A stretch of DNA of 54,359 nucleotides from Candidatus Iainarchaeum sp. (GTDB taxonomy: Archaea; Iainarchaeota; Iainarchaeia; Iainarchaeales; JAZDDZ01): the NCBI GenBank assembly GCA_043809245.1, contig JAZDDZ010000010.1, positions 1 to 54,359 on the forward strand, written 5' to 3'. The position numbers were made by a program, and so were the translations under genes. Of this stretch, positions 34,701-43,702 are shown piece by piece (within the stretch, counting starts at the first letter, position 1; every line of letters begins with the position of its first letter). Under the pieces are notes generated by a model, which was not told the origin of the DNA, ran no database searches, and worked only from the letters and a program-made list of their open reading frames with translations.

Positions 34701-35357
34701 ATGGCCAAAAAAGCATACCCTGAGCAAGTTCATGACATGGTTGAATTTTGCATAAAAAAAGCGAAAATAAACCACGGTTTTAACCAAAAGGAAAGCGAAA
34801 AATTCGAGTATTTGTTAAATGAATCAAAAAACGGGGTTAACATTGGGCTATTAATGAAATTGATTCATAAGAATCGGTCGCCCCAAAGCACATTGCTGGC
34901 TGCAGAACAGCTTGGATTACTAAGAGATGCACAGCATAAGCAGTTCATGGAAAAATACCGCCCTTTGCTGTATGTTGAATCAATGCTGCAGGCATTAAGG
35001 CCGTTTTTGCCCCCTGAATTCAGAAAAGTGTTTTCTTCGGTTGAAGCAAAGCCAGTTAAAGAAAGATTCAAAATTTTAAGCCAAATGAGCAAAATTAATT
35101 TTACAAATGCAATGCGGCAATGGGAACATTTCCATGATGCATACCTAACGCAAGAAGCGGCAGTAATAAACTCAAAGTCAAGAGGAATAATTGAGGAAAT
35201 GGAATTGCGATTGACGAAAACAACCGCTAAATTAATGCATGAAAATATGTTTGGATCTGCCGCACAAAAAAAGCTTTCCAGGCACCAGTTTGGTGTAATG
35301 CCCCCAAGGCTTATAGCCGCACCCAGAATTACAAGACAGAGAGTAAACCGAAAGTAA
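34701..35357 (+). CDS. Orphan protein with a basic C-terminus
   Basis: 218-aa ORF ending APRITRQRVNRK. Confidence 0.65.
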   Translation: MAKKAYPEQVHDMVEFCIKKAKINHGFNQKESEKFEYLLNESKNGVNIGLLMKLIHKNRSPQSTLLAAEQLGLLRDAQHKQFMEKYRPLLYVESMLQALRPFLPPEFRKVFSSVEAKPVKERFKILSQMSKINFTNAMRQWEHFHDAYLTQEAAVINSKSRGIIEEMELRLTKTTAKLMHENMFGSAAQKKLSRHQFGVMPPRLIAAPRITRQRVNRK

Positions 35358-35387
35358 ATTGAAAAAAGTTTATTTTTAATCAAATAA

Positions 35388-35525
35388 TCAGAAATCGTTT
35401 TCGTTTGGCGCCTTGACTTTGTTGTATTGGCGCAGTGAATTGATTGCGCTTTCCAAATGGATTTTTGCGCGCAAGCCCTTTTCCTTGGCGCGAATTTTTT
35501 CCAATTCCATTAGGGTTAAATCCAT
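35388..35525 (-). CDS. 45-aa hypothetical microprotein
   Basis: MDLTLMELEKIRAKEKGLRAKIHLESAINSLRQYNKVKAPNENDF*; downstream of hjc. Confidence 0.45.
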   Translation of the reverse strand: MDLTLMELEKIRAKEKGLRAKIHLESAINSLRQYNKVKAPNENDF

Positions 35526-35574
35526 TTCAATCAATCAGAATCACTTAAAGAAATGGGGTGGAAAAGGTTTTTAT

Positions 35575-35982
35575 TCATGAGGGAAGAGTTGCCTGAACCC
35601 CTGCTACAACATTCAAATTAAGGCCCTTGTGAAAGGCTTCTTTTAGCGAAATCATGTAGTTTTTGGCTGTTTTCTTGAAGAATTCGGGTTTTAAGAAAAG
35701 CCAGCCTTTTCTTGGAACCTTCCATGCGACAAAAGCGTCAATGTCCGCTTTTTCACACCATCCAATGAGTTCCTCCATTTGCAGCAAAGGAATGGCCAGG
35801 TGCTTGGAATTCCAAGCCTTGCATTCAAAAGCCATTTTCTTTGTCTTGCTTAAAGCCAAAAGGTCAGGGGCAGGCAAAGCTGTTTTGCCAGAACCCGCTA
35901 TGCGGACAACCGCAAAACCGCGGTCAAAGAACAAGTGGATTAACTCCCTTTCCGCGTTGGCGCCTTTAGCGTAATGAGCCAT
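35575..35982 (-). CDS. hjc: Holliday junction resolvase Hjc
   Basis: KGANAERELI, GFAVVRIAGSG, PDLLA, FECK. Confidence 0.93.
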   Translation of the reverse strand: MAHYAKGANAERELIHLFFDRGFAVVRIAGSGKTALPAPDLLALSKTKKMAFECKAWNSKHLAIPLLQMEELIGWCEKADIDAFVAWKVPRKGWLFLKPEFFKKTAKNYMISLKEAFHKGLNLNVVAGVQATLPS

Positions 35983-35988
35983 AAAAAA

Positions 35989-36396
35989 TCAGCCTCTCCT
36001 TTGAAGTGCGTTTCTTCTTTCGTTAATGATTGCAAGGTGCTGTCTTTTTGAGTCATCAGATAAGCCGCTTTCACTAATTTCCTTTTCAAGTTCATTCAAT
36101 CCCACAAGATTGGCAATGTTTCCTGCATTTATCCTAAACTCTTTGAGGGCTATTTCACCGATAAGCAGGGTTTTTTTATTGCGCGGCAAATTTCCGCGCA
36201 TAACTTCCCCATCAATTTCAATAAGGCTGCTAGAATTTGCAGAATTTATTCTGGCAAGCAGCCCGTTACAATGCGCTTCTGCTTGGCGTGATGCAGCTTC
36301 TTTTTCCGCTGCTTCCATGGGCATTGGTTTGGCTTTGTTTTTCCTGCGCCTTGCAAAAAAGGCTCTTGCCCCGCCTTCAAACCACTTAAACGCCAT
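35989..36396 (-). CDS. Orphan protein with a basic N-terminus
   Basis: MAFKWFEGGARAFFARRRKNKAKP...ALQRRG. Confidence 0.6.
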   Translation of the reverse strand: MAFKWFEGGARAFFARRRKNKAKPMPMEAAEKEAASRQAEAHCNGLLARINSANSSSLIEIDGEVMRGNLPRNKKTLLIGEIALKEFRINAGNIANLVGLNELEKEISESGLSDDSKRQHLAIINERRNALQRRG

Positions 36397-36572
36397 TCTT
36401 TCGCCCTTGAATTTGTTGCCTGGAAACCCATATATTAATATTCTTTTTCCCGTGCGATTTATGTATTAGAATCGGAGCATCTTGATTTAACAGCGGGTTG
36501 CGATTGAAAACAGTTGTTTTATTGTTTTGCATCACGCTGTTATGAGTGCTTTAAAAAAATTGAGAGCTTAAT

Positions 36573-36893
36573 TTGGAGCTTAAAAAATTCGATGATTTTC
36601 TGCGTGAAGGCAACGGAAACGTTTTCTTGAACGTTGAAGTGGTTGCAGGCAGAAAGGAATTCCGCTTAATGGAAGCGGATGAATGGAGCAGGGCGCTTAA
36701 GGTAAGCGCTTCCGAGCCAGCCTTCAAAGGAAAGGCAAACGAGGAAATAGAGGAAAAATTAAGCAAATTATTCAAGGCGAAAACAAGAATTGTGAAGGGA
36801 AAAAAAAGCAAAAAAAAGGTTTTGCTTGTAGAAAACACTTCAAAGGAAAAAGTTTTGAATGCCTTGAAAGCACTCCAACAGAACAGGCTCTGA
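36573..36893 (+). CDS. DUF167/YggU family protein
   Basis: LKVSASEPAFKGKANEE; IVKGKKSKKK. Confidence 0.8.
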   Translation: MELKKFDDFLREGNGNVFLNVEVVAGRKEFRLMEADEWSRALKVSASEPAFKGKANEEIEEKLSKLFKAKTRIVKGKKSKKKVLLVENTSKEKVLNALKALQQNRL

Positions 36894-36932
36894 TTCTCTG
36901 AGAAAAAAAATTTGCATAGGAGTGAAAGAATT

Positions 36933-38300
36933 ATGGCAAAGACTTATCTGGATACTGTAAAGTACATGATTAAAATGAAGTACGAGGTGGACGGAATCGT
37001 TGAAAAACCCGACTTGATTGGCGCTATTTTCGGGCAAAGCGAAGGATTATTGGGCGTGGACATGGACCTCAAAGAATTGCAGCAGAACGGGAAAATAGGC
37101 AGAATAGAGATTACTACAACCACGTCGCTTGGAAAAACAAAAGGCGATGTGCTCATACCGAGCTCCATGGACATGGTGCAGACAAGCATTTTGGCTGCGG
37201 CAATTGAAAGCGTGGACAAGGTTGGGCCGTGCGACGCAAAATTTGAGGCACTGAACATTGAGGACACTAGACGAGTGAAAAGAAAAGAGATCACAGACCG
37301 CGCAAAAAATTTGCTCAAAAAATTCATGACAGAGCAGATACCTGAATCAAATGTTTTGGCGGAAGAGGTTCGGGATGACATGAGGACAGCGGAAATACAG
37401 AGCTTCGGGCCTGACAAGCTGCCCTGCGGCCCCACAGTCCTTGAAGACAATTCAATAATAATCGTGGAGGGAAGAGCCGATGTCCTGACCCTTTTAAAGA
37501 ACGGTTTGAAGAACGTCATCGGAATGAACGGCTCTAACATACCGCAGAGCCTCCTAGACTTGTGCAGGAACAAGGAGGTAACGCTTTTCGTTGACGGCGA
37601 CAGGGGCGGCGATTTGAATGCACGAAAACTCCAGTCGCTGATGAAAGTTGACTTCATTGCAAATGCCCCTGCGGGAAAAGAAGTTGAAGAGCTTGAAAGA
37701 AAGGAAATCCTTCTTTCACTGAAAAGAAAAAGGCCTGCAGGAGATGGCTTTGAAAGCACACCGAGAAGGGGCTTTAGAAGCAGCGAAATGCGCGGCCCTC
37801 CAATGAGGGAAAGGGGCAGGTTTTCACGCAGCCCAAGAAGCCCTGAAAGGGACTTTGGGCCTAGAAAGCCTTTCGGCGCAAGAGACAGGGGCACAAGAGG
37901 CTATGGATTCAGGGAAAACAGGGATGACCCAAGCACAGGCAGCTTTACTGAAAATTCATATGCCCCATTAAAGCCTTTGAGCCCTGTGGCAGAAGAGGAA
38001 ATCAAGCCCACTGCAAGCGCGGAAGAACAGTCATTGTTCCGGCCGTTAATGCAGAAAATCTCGGGAAAGCTTTCCGCTTTGCTGTTGAACGCAGAAGGAA
38101 AAGAGCTCAAAGAAGTTCCTGTAAGGGAGCTGATTAAATCGCTTTCCGAAAACAAGGGCGTTGAAACCGTTGTCTTTGACGGTGTCATCACTGCAAGGCT
38201 TGCGGATGAAGCCGAAAAAGCAGGCGTTAAAACGCTTGTTGGATTGAGAAAGGGAAAAATCGGAAGCGTGAAAGTGAAGACAATCACGCTTTCAGCTTAA
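36933..38300 (+). CDS. dnaG: Archaeal DnaG-like protein (TOPRIM; exosome-associated primase family)
   Basis: VEKPDLIGAIFGQSEGLLG, IVEGRADV, FVDGDRGG, FDGVITARL. Confidence 0.95.
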   Translation: MAKTYLDTVKYMIKMKYEVDGIVEKPDLIGAIFGQSEGLLGVDMDLKELQQNGKIGRIEITTTTSLGKTKGDVLIPSSMDMVQTSILAAAIESVDKVGPCDAKFEALNIEDTRRVKRKEITDRAKNLLKKFMTEQIPESNVLAEEVRDDMRTAEIQSFGPDKLPCGPTVLEDNSIIIVEGRADVLTLLKNGLKNVIGMNGSNIPQSLLDLCRNKEVTLFVDGDRGGDLNARKLQSLMKVDFIANAPAGKEVEELERKEILLSLKRKRPAGDGFESTPRRGFRSSEMRGPPMRERGRFSRSPRSPERDFGPRKPFGARDRGTRGYGFRENRDDPSTGSFTENSYAPLKPLSPVAEEEIKPTASAEEQSLFRPLMQKISGKLSALLLNAEGKELKEVPVRELIKSLSENKGVETVVFDGVITARLADEAEKAGVKTLVGLRKGKIGSVKVKTITLSA

Positions 38301-38327
38301 GGGAAAAAAACCATTTCCCTTTTTTTT

Positions 38328-38756
38328 CTATTTTTTTCTTATTCTTTGGACAGATTCTTCCAATGGAACAACCAGTTCCCCGGTCCTGTAAAAGAGGTAA
38401 ACTCCTATCAGCACTGCGAGCCAGAAAAAAAATGCGGCAATCGGGCCAAGCAAAGCAGAGCCCATCTGGCGCGGAGTCAAAGAATCCTGTGAAACGCTGA
38501 CGCTGAAGCCAAGGTTGCCTGCCATCTGCTGGCAGTCAAAAAAAGCGTAACTCTGCAAATTTTCCCATGGCTCCTTGTCAAAAGAGGAAAGGCAGGTGTT
38601 AACCGCTTTAACATTGTCCCAGGAAGTGTACATGTCTGTTCCGCCCTTTACAACCAGTATTATTGCAGCAAAAAGCAGAAAAGCGCCAATAAGCTTTGGG
38701 ATGTGAACGTCTTTTCCCGCAATGCGCCAGTTAACGACTCTCTTCAATGAAATCAC
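38328..38756 (-). CDS. Hypothetical two-TM membrane protein
   Basis: Two hydrophobic helices around a Cys-containing loop. Confidence 0.65.
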   Translation of the reverse strand: MISLKRVVNWRIAGKDVHIPKLIGAFLLFAAIILVVKGGTDMYTSWDNVKAVNTCLSSFDKEPWENLQSYAFFDCQQMAGNLGFSVSVSQDSLTPRQMGSALLGPIAAFFFWLAVLIGVYLFYRTGELVVPLEESVQRIRKK

Positions 38757-38842
38757 CTAAAACTATTATGCGTTAGGGGTATTTAAAGCTTTCTTCGGAG
38801 AGGTTTTTTTAGCGCAAAAAGATTGGAGAAAAGCTTTTTTTC

Positions 38843-38978
38843 GGGCCCGTGGTCTAGCGGCTATGGCCCTTTCTTTGAGGAAGCCTTTTTTGAGCCTGAA
38901 CTCAGACATGAGTACAAAGAGGGGCTCTTGAAAGTTGGTAAGGATAAATCTGAGAAGTTTTCAAATCCCCGGCGCACC
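38843..38978 (+). pseudogene. Decayed tRNA-like gene with a BHB-type intron; identity uncertain
   Basis: GGGCCCGTGGTCTAGCGGCTATGG gives acceptor 5' strand and D-arm; BHB TTTC-TTT / GAAA-GTT defines a 60-nt hairpin intron (38876-38935); TTCAAATCCC T-loop remnant; T-stem and acceptor 3' strand are broken. Confidence 0.6.
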
Positions 38979-39029
38979 GGAAATTCACCCCCGAAAGCGA
39001 ATATAAACAAAAAATAAATTATTTTAGGT

Positions 39030-39944
39030 ATGACCGAGTTTCTGGATGTGCCCTCAAGAGAGCAGAGAAGAATCTTGCTACTTTTCAAGAACAAATTAAA
39101 TTTAACATGGAATGAATTAGCAAAAATTATGGGAATAAATAAAAGCACATTATTTTTTTATTGCAGCGATGCAATCAGGGCCCCGATTTACAGGATTCTC
39201 AAACTATGTGAGCTTACAGGAGTCCCTGTGAAAGAATTGGGGAAGTTAAAAACAACTTTTATAAAATACGGAAAACGGCTACAAATCAGGAAACCGCCTA
39301 TGGATTCTGTCCAGCTGGCAGAACTATGCGGAGTTCTTCTGGGTGACGGGTGTATTTATTCAAAAAACAACGGATTATGCATCAGCGGGCACCAAATACA
39401 CGACTACAAATATTTTACCGAAAAGATTTCGCCAATGTTTGAAAACCTCTTTATGCAAAAACCATCAATTTACAAATCAAGAAATAGTAAGTCACTAAGG
39501 CTAGTTTTATACAGTAAAGAAGTGGCAGAATTCCTAAGTAGTTCGATTTTTGTGGTTGGAAACAAGAAAAAAGCAAAAGCCCGAATACCTGAATATTATT
39601 TTAATAATCCGGAATTACTTATTGCCTGTTTGAGAGGGCTTTCAGACACTGACGGGAGCATATGCCCACACCCCCATACAAAAGTCATGTATAGCATCAC
39701 GATAAAGATTCCTGATCTTTTGAATTCAACAATTGAAGCCTACAGAAAAATCGGCTTCCCGGTAAAAGTTTCTGGCTATAATATCTATTTTTACGGGGAA
39801 AAATTGCTGAGTAGATTTTTTAGCGAAATAGGAAGCAGCAATCCAAAGCACGTAATAAAATGGCAGCAATTCAAAAAGACCGGAAAAATGCCCCGCTCCA
39901 CGGAATCAGAACAAATGCTAAAAAATCAGCTTTACCGGAATTAG
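39030..39944 (+). CDS. Free-standing double-motif LAGLIDADG endonuclease-family protein with an N-terminal HTH
   Basis: LTWNELAKIMGI HTH; LAELCGVLLGDG and ACLRGLSDTDG motifs; IGSSNPKH C-terminal motif. Confidence 0.88.
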   Translation: MTEFLDVPSREQRRILLLFKNKLNLTWNELAKIMGINKSTLFFYCSDAIRAPIYRILKLCELTGVPVKELGKLKTTFIKYGKRLQIRKPPMDSVQLAELCGVLLGDGCIYSKNNGLCISGHQIHDYKYFTEKISPMFENLFMQKPSIYKSRNSKSLRLVLYSKEVAEFLSSSIFVVGNKKKAKARIPEYYFNNPELLIACLRGLSDTDGSICPHPHTKVMYSITIKIPDLLNSTIEAYRKIGFPVKVSGYNIYFYGEKLLSRFFSEIGSSNPKHVIKWQQFKKTGKMPRSTESEQMLKNQLYRN

Positions 39945-39994
39945 TGCCAGTAGCAAAATTATAAAGGGTTTGCGTAGAAGATTTATTTGATACT

Positions 39995-40121
39995 GGGCCC
40001 GTGGTCTAATGGTGTGACGCTAAATCATTTTGTCTTTATTCGGACTATGGTGCGGAACCCTTACAAATGGAATATCCATTAGGTTCGGTGGAGGTCGGCG
40101 GTTCGATTCCGCCCGGGCCCA
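39995..40121 (+). tRNA. tRNA-Val(TAC) with two introns: 29/30 (40023-40057) and canonical 37/38 (40066-40085)
   Basis: After removing both introns, a 72-nt cloverleaf with stem CTACC/GGTGG and loop CTTACAC; intron 2 has a strict BHB (CTTA/TAGG; bulges CAA and TTC); intron 1 has a relaxed BHB. Confidence 0.88.
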
Positions 40122-40185
40122 TATCTTAAACTTTTCATTTTCTGAAAAGGCATTCTTATTAACCCCTTTAACCTATTTTTTTCAA

Positions 40186-41961
40186 ATGAAGAGATTTTTT
40201 GCGGTTTTAATTGCATTGGCTTTCCTCTGCGCTTTCGCGTTCTCCGCTGAACTGGAGGTTCTGCCAAGCCAAATACAGGAAATGGACTTGAATGTAACGC
40301 TTGGCGCGCACGGGGGCTTTTCCGGAACAGTGAGCACTGCTGACAGAATGGAGGTGAAAATGCTCACGCTTCAGGGAAGCGCAACCCAGAAAATAGAGGG
40401 CTTAAGCGAAAGGCTTTTGATTGGAGGCAAAGAGTTTTTGCCGAAAACCCATGAAACCACGGGAGAAAAAAAGTACGCGGTGTTTGAAATTGAAAGGCTT
40501 TATGATTTTGTTTCTTCGCCAGAATTTGAAGTCAAAATAAACGCCAGGGTAAAGACAAGCGCGCTGATGGAGTTAGGCGAAGACTTTAATTTGAGTGAAA
40601 CTGATTTTTCCGCGCAAAAGGAATTCCTCAAACAATCGGATTACATTGAGGTAAACGACCAGGCGCTGAGAAGCAAGGCACAGCTGGAATTCCAAAGCGA
40701 TTCGGGATTGGAGACAATAAGGGGGATAACGGAATGGGTGAACGACAACATAGAGTATGATTTTGCGGATTACTATGCAGGAGTGTGGAGCGCAAAGCAG
40801 ACCTATGAGAGCGGGAAAGGCGTATGCGATGAATTCAGCAATTTGGCTGCCGCATTCCTGCGCATCAAAGGAATTCCCGCAAAATACGTGTCAGGGGTAT
40901 CATTTGATGGCAAAAGGTTCGGCAACCACGGATGGTTAGAGGTTTTCCAGCCTGGAAAAGGATGGATTGGGGTTGACCCAACTTACGGCGAAGCCGGTTA
41001 TCTTGACGCAACGCATGTTGCTGTTGCAAAAACAGTTGACGTTAACAGCATTGAAAACCTTGTAATCCTCACTTATTCAGTTGGGGGGTTAAAAGTGGAG
41101 TCTTCGCTGGATGAGCCGGAGATTGAAATAATTTCATCAAAGCAGTTTGATGGATTGCTTGGAGTGGAGCTTGAAAAGCCTGACCGGCTTAACTTGGGGG
41201 AAGCCTTTGAATTCAAGGCAACCGTGAAAAATTTGCAAAGCAAAAGCATTATAGTGCCGTTAGAGCTGGTGCTGCACAACGACTTTTCTTATAGCGAAAG
41301 GGCAAGGCTTGAATTGTTCAAGCCATTGGAGGAAAAGGAAATTGTCTGGAATGCGGTTGCGCCAAAAGAAGGAAAGCCGAATACTTTCGCTGAATACGAG
41401 GCAATTTTTTTGGCTCCCGACAAAAAGTTAACGGAAAAATTAAGCGTTTACTCCGAGGAAGGCGCTGGGGAGCCCGTTTCATTGGTCAAGGTGCTGGACG
41501 TCAGCCCATTTGTTGACGCGAACACTGTTAAGGTATCCATTACGCTTGCAAACAGCGGGGAAAAAGACGGAAAAGCAGAAATAGCGATAACAATGGAGGG
41601 AAAGACAAGCAATTACTCGGAGGAAGTGAAGGCTTTAACGCAGAAAAAAATAACCTATTCGTTCAAAGGCGTTTCAATGGGAACAATTTTGCTGAAAGTC
41701 GTTGCGGATGAAACCAAGAGCTTTGAAATAACTGTTCCCGAAAAAAAAGAGGACGTGAAAGTCAAAGAGCTTGCGGGAGAGGAAAGCAGCGTTGAGCCGT
41801 TGAATAACGGAAAAGAAGAGGACCTTTTCACTGCCTTTTTCAACGACGAATTCCTCATTGCGGTAAGCCTTGTTTTGGCTGCAGTTGTAATTCTCGCCTT
41901 CTTTTTAAAGGCATTTTTTGACAGGGAAAAAATGAAGCCGATTTTTCCGGAAATGCCTTGA
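40186..41961 (+). CDS. Secreted, membrane-anchored transglutaminase-like (Cys protease) protein
   Basis: Signal peptide; GVCDEF, HGWLEV and WIGVDPT catalytic triad; C-terminal TM helix. Confidence 0.88.
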   Translation: MKRFFAVLIALAFLCAFAFSAELEVLPSQIQEMDLNVTLGAHGGFSGTVSTADRMEVKMLTLQGSATQKIEGLSERLLIGGKEFLPKTHETTGEKKYAVFEIERLYDFVSSPEFEVKINARVKTSALMELGEDFNLSETDFSAQKEFLKQSDYIEVNDQALRSKAQLEFQSDSGLETIRGITEWVNDNIEYDFADYYAGVWSAKQTYESGKGVCDEFSNLAAAFLRIKGIPAKYVSGVSFDGKRFGNHGWLEVFQPGKGWIGVDPTYGEAGYLDATHVAVAKTVDVNSIENLVILTYSVGGLKVESSLDEPEIEIISSKQFDGLLGVELEKPDRLNLGEAFEFKATVKNLQSKSIIVPLELVLHNDFSYSERARLELFKPLEEKEIVWNAVAPKEGKPNTFAEYEAIFLAPDKKLTEKLSVYSEEGAGEPVSLVKVLDVSPFVDANTVKVSITLANSGEKDGKAEIAITMEGKTSNYSEEVKALTQKKITYSFKGVSMGTILLKVVADETKSFEITVPEKKEDVKVKELAGEESSVEPLNNGKEEDLFTAFFNDEFLIAVSLVLAAVVILAFFLKAFFDREKMKPIFPEMP

Positions 41962-42032
41962 AGAAATCATCTGGCTGCAAGACCGTGAAAGTAGAACAAT
42001 TAAATTGTTTTCGTACAAAGGAATAGTTGGAT

Positions 42033-42202
42033 GCGACCGTAGTCTAGTGGTTAGTTTTCACACGGGCAACGGTTAAAGCTTGGTGAACTAATGAATAAGA
42101 AAAATATTTGTGTTGTTCAACAAGCTTTGTGTCTGGTGGAAAACCCATAAAGGATATGGCCTTGCCAAGGCTATGACCCGGGTTCGACCCCCGGCGGTCG
42201 CA
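42033..42202 (+). tRNA. tRNA-Gly(GCC) with a 98-nt D-loop intron (42053-42150)
   Basis: Acceptor GCGACCG/CGGTCGC; arm TGGCC-TTGCCAA-GGCTA; BHB GTGG/CCAT with bulges TTA and AAA; 72-nt mature form. Confidence 0.92.
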
Positions 42203-42245
42203 TTCAATAATTTTGCTTTGCATTTGAAGCAGAGAGTTGAAATAA

Positions 42246-42581
42246 ATGGAAAAAATAAAAAAACCAAGGGACATAAGGCTCAGTAATGCGGACTTTGAAC
42301 GAGTTGCTAAAGCAGTTATTAGCCTCCATAAAAGCCATACAGCCCGGGAGATTGCGGATTTTCTTGGAATGCAAGAAAACCCGGTTTTTATTGAAGAACC
42401 CCGGGTTCATGATGTAATCAGAGCCCTAATTGACATGAAAAAAATTAATGCGGCTGCTGTAACGAGGGCTAGCCCTGGGTTAAGGCATACGAGGCCAGAC
42501 CCTAAAACAAACCCGTTAGAAAAATATTTCAAGACACCTTCAATTCCAATGCGTAATCGCGGAAAGCATTGGCACAAATAA
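42246..42581 (+). CDS. Orphan protein, possible HTH, basic termini
   Basis: HTAREIADFLG segment; ends PMRNRGKHWHK. Confidence 0.55.
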   Translation: MEKIKKPRDIRLSNADFERVAKAVISLHKSHTAREIADFLGMQENPVFIEEPRVHDVIRALIDMKKINAAAVTRASPGLRHTRPDPKTNPLEKYFKTPSIPMRNRGKHWHK

Positions 42582-42703
42582 GCTCAACTGCAGCTAATGG
42601 TGGCTGCATTTCGCTTTTTATTTTTTTGAAAAAAATACAGGCAACCAAGGGAATGCAGCATAAACCTATTGTATTTTATTTATCGGCTGCATAAATCTAA
42701 TTT

Positions 42704-43639
42704 ATGCCTAAATGGGGTCCTGAAATCAAAAGCAGGGTGAGAAGGCCGCCAAGAGGCCAGTTGCCTTTAAAAGAAAGGCGCGCTATGGCAGTAAACAGAA
42801 TCGCCAGAGAAGCAGGGGTTCCACCGCACATAGTTGAGAGGGCATTAAACGCGGAAGGCTATGGACATGCTTCGCCTCAGAGAATAGCCGTGAAAATACT
42901 GGGAATTAAAAGAACCCTAGAAAAAGAAGAATACCTGAAAAACTTAGAGGCCAGAGTCAATCGGGACATTGAAAGGCACGGATTGAAAAGGACATTAAAA
43001 GATATTGCCAGAAGTGTAGGAATGCACGCATCCGAGCAAGATGTTTCCCATTGCCTGAAAAAACAAGGATTACAGGAAAAGCAAGCGCAGGAAGCGGAAA
43101 AAATAAGGAGAAGAAAAGTGGAGAGAAAAAACAGGGAAAGAATGGATGGAACAGGCAAAATCAAAGGCAAGGCAGGCGAATTGCCCCTGAAAACGATTAA
43201 AATTGATAGATTGGATAAAGTGCTGGCATTAAATGATTCAGGCTGGCTTGAAAAAAAAGCCGATGCATTCTGGGCGCATATCGCAAAAATAGGCAGAGAC
43301 AAGATTGGCATTGGCACCACGGCTTATTTCATGTGCAGGGATGGCTATGGCTTGGAAGAAATTTCCACGGCAACCGGTTATGAAAAGAAAACTTTGCAGG
43401 GGCTGTTCAAAGCAATGGGTTTGAATGAAAGGAAAACCAGCATTCATGCACTGCAACCAGGGGCTTGGAATAGAATTGCAAGGGCAAACAATTTCCTTGA
43501 TACCAATCACAAATCAACTAAGTATACAATTAAAGATATTTCAGATCATTCCGGCATGACACTGGAAGATGCGCTTGTTGTAAGGCACATAAGCGGAGCG
43601 GTCAGCCGTTTTTTTCTGTCATTAGGTAAGTCGCCTTAG
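42704..43639 (+). CDS. Orphan protein with several HTH-like segments and an Arg/Pro-rich N-terminus
   Basis: IAREAGVP, LKDIARSVG, LEEISTATG, IKDISDHSG; N-terminus MPKWGPEIKSRVRRPPRG. Confidence 0.6.
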   Translation: MPKWGPEIKSRVRRPPRGQLPLKERRAMAVNRIAREAGVPPHIVERALNAEGYGHASPQRIAVKILGIKRTLEKEEYLKNLEARVNRDIERHGLKRTLKDIARSVGMHASEQDVSHCLKKQGLQEKQAQEAEKIRRRKVERKNRERMDGTGKIKGKAGELPLKTIKIDRLDKVLALNDSGWLEKKADAFWAHIAKIGRDKIGIGTTAYFMCRDGYGLEEISTATGYEKKTLQGLFKAMGLNERKTSIHALQPGAWNRIARANNFLDTNHKSTKYTIKDISDHSGMTLEDALVVRHISGAVSRFFLSLGKSP

Positions 43640-43702
43640 CCGCCAAGGCAACCTGAAAACATTTAACTACTTTTTCAGCCAAAATTGGTTAGAGGTGAGG
43701 GC

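Noticed and set aside
39030-39944. LAGLIDADG gene as an ORF inside a tRNA intron
   Set aside because: No separate tRNA 3' half or matching BHB strand between the ORF stop and tRNA-Val
40030-40185. ORF-track extensions and small ORFs overlapping tRNA genes (also 42044-42274, 44475-44741, 48050-48559, 48126-48179)
   Set aside because: They run through tRNA genes; the shared ARVKTNH peptide only reflects the shared intron sequence
42590-42660. Intergenic GCTGCATTTC/GGAATGCAGC inverted repeat as an integron attC site
   Set aside because: No RYYYAAC/GTTRRRY core ends, no similar site after other orphan genes and no integron integrase
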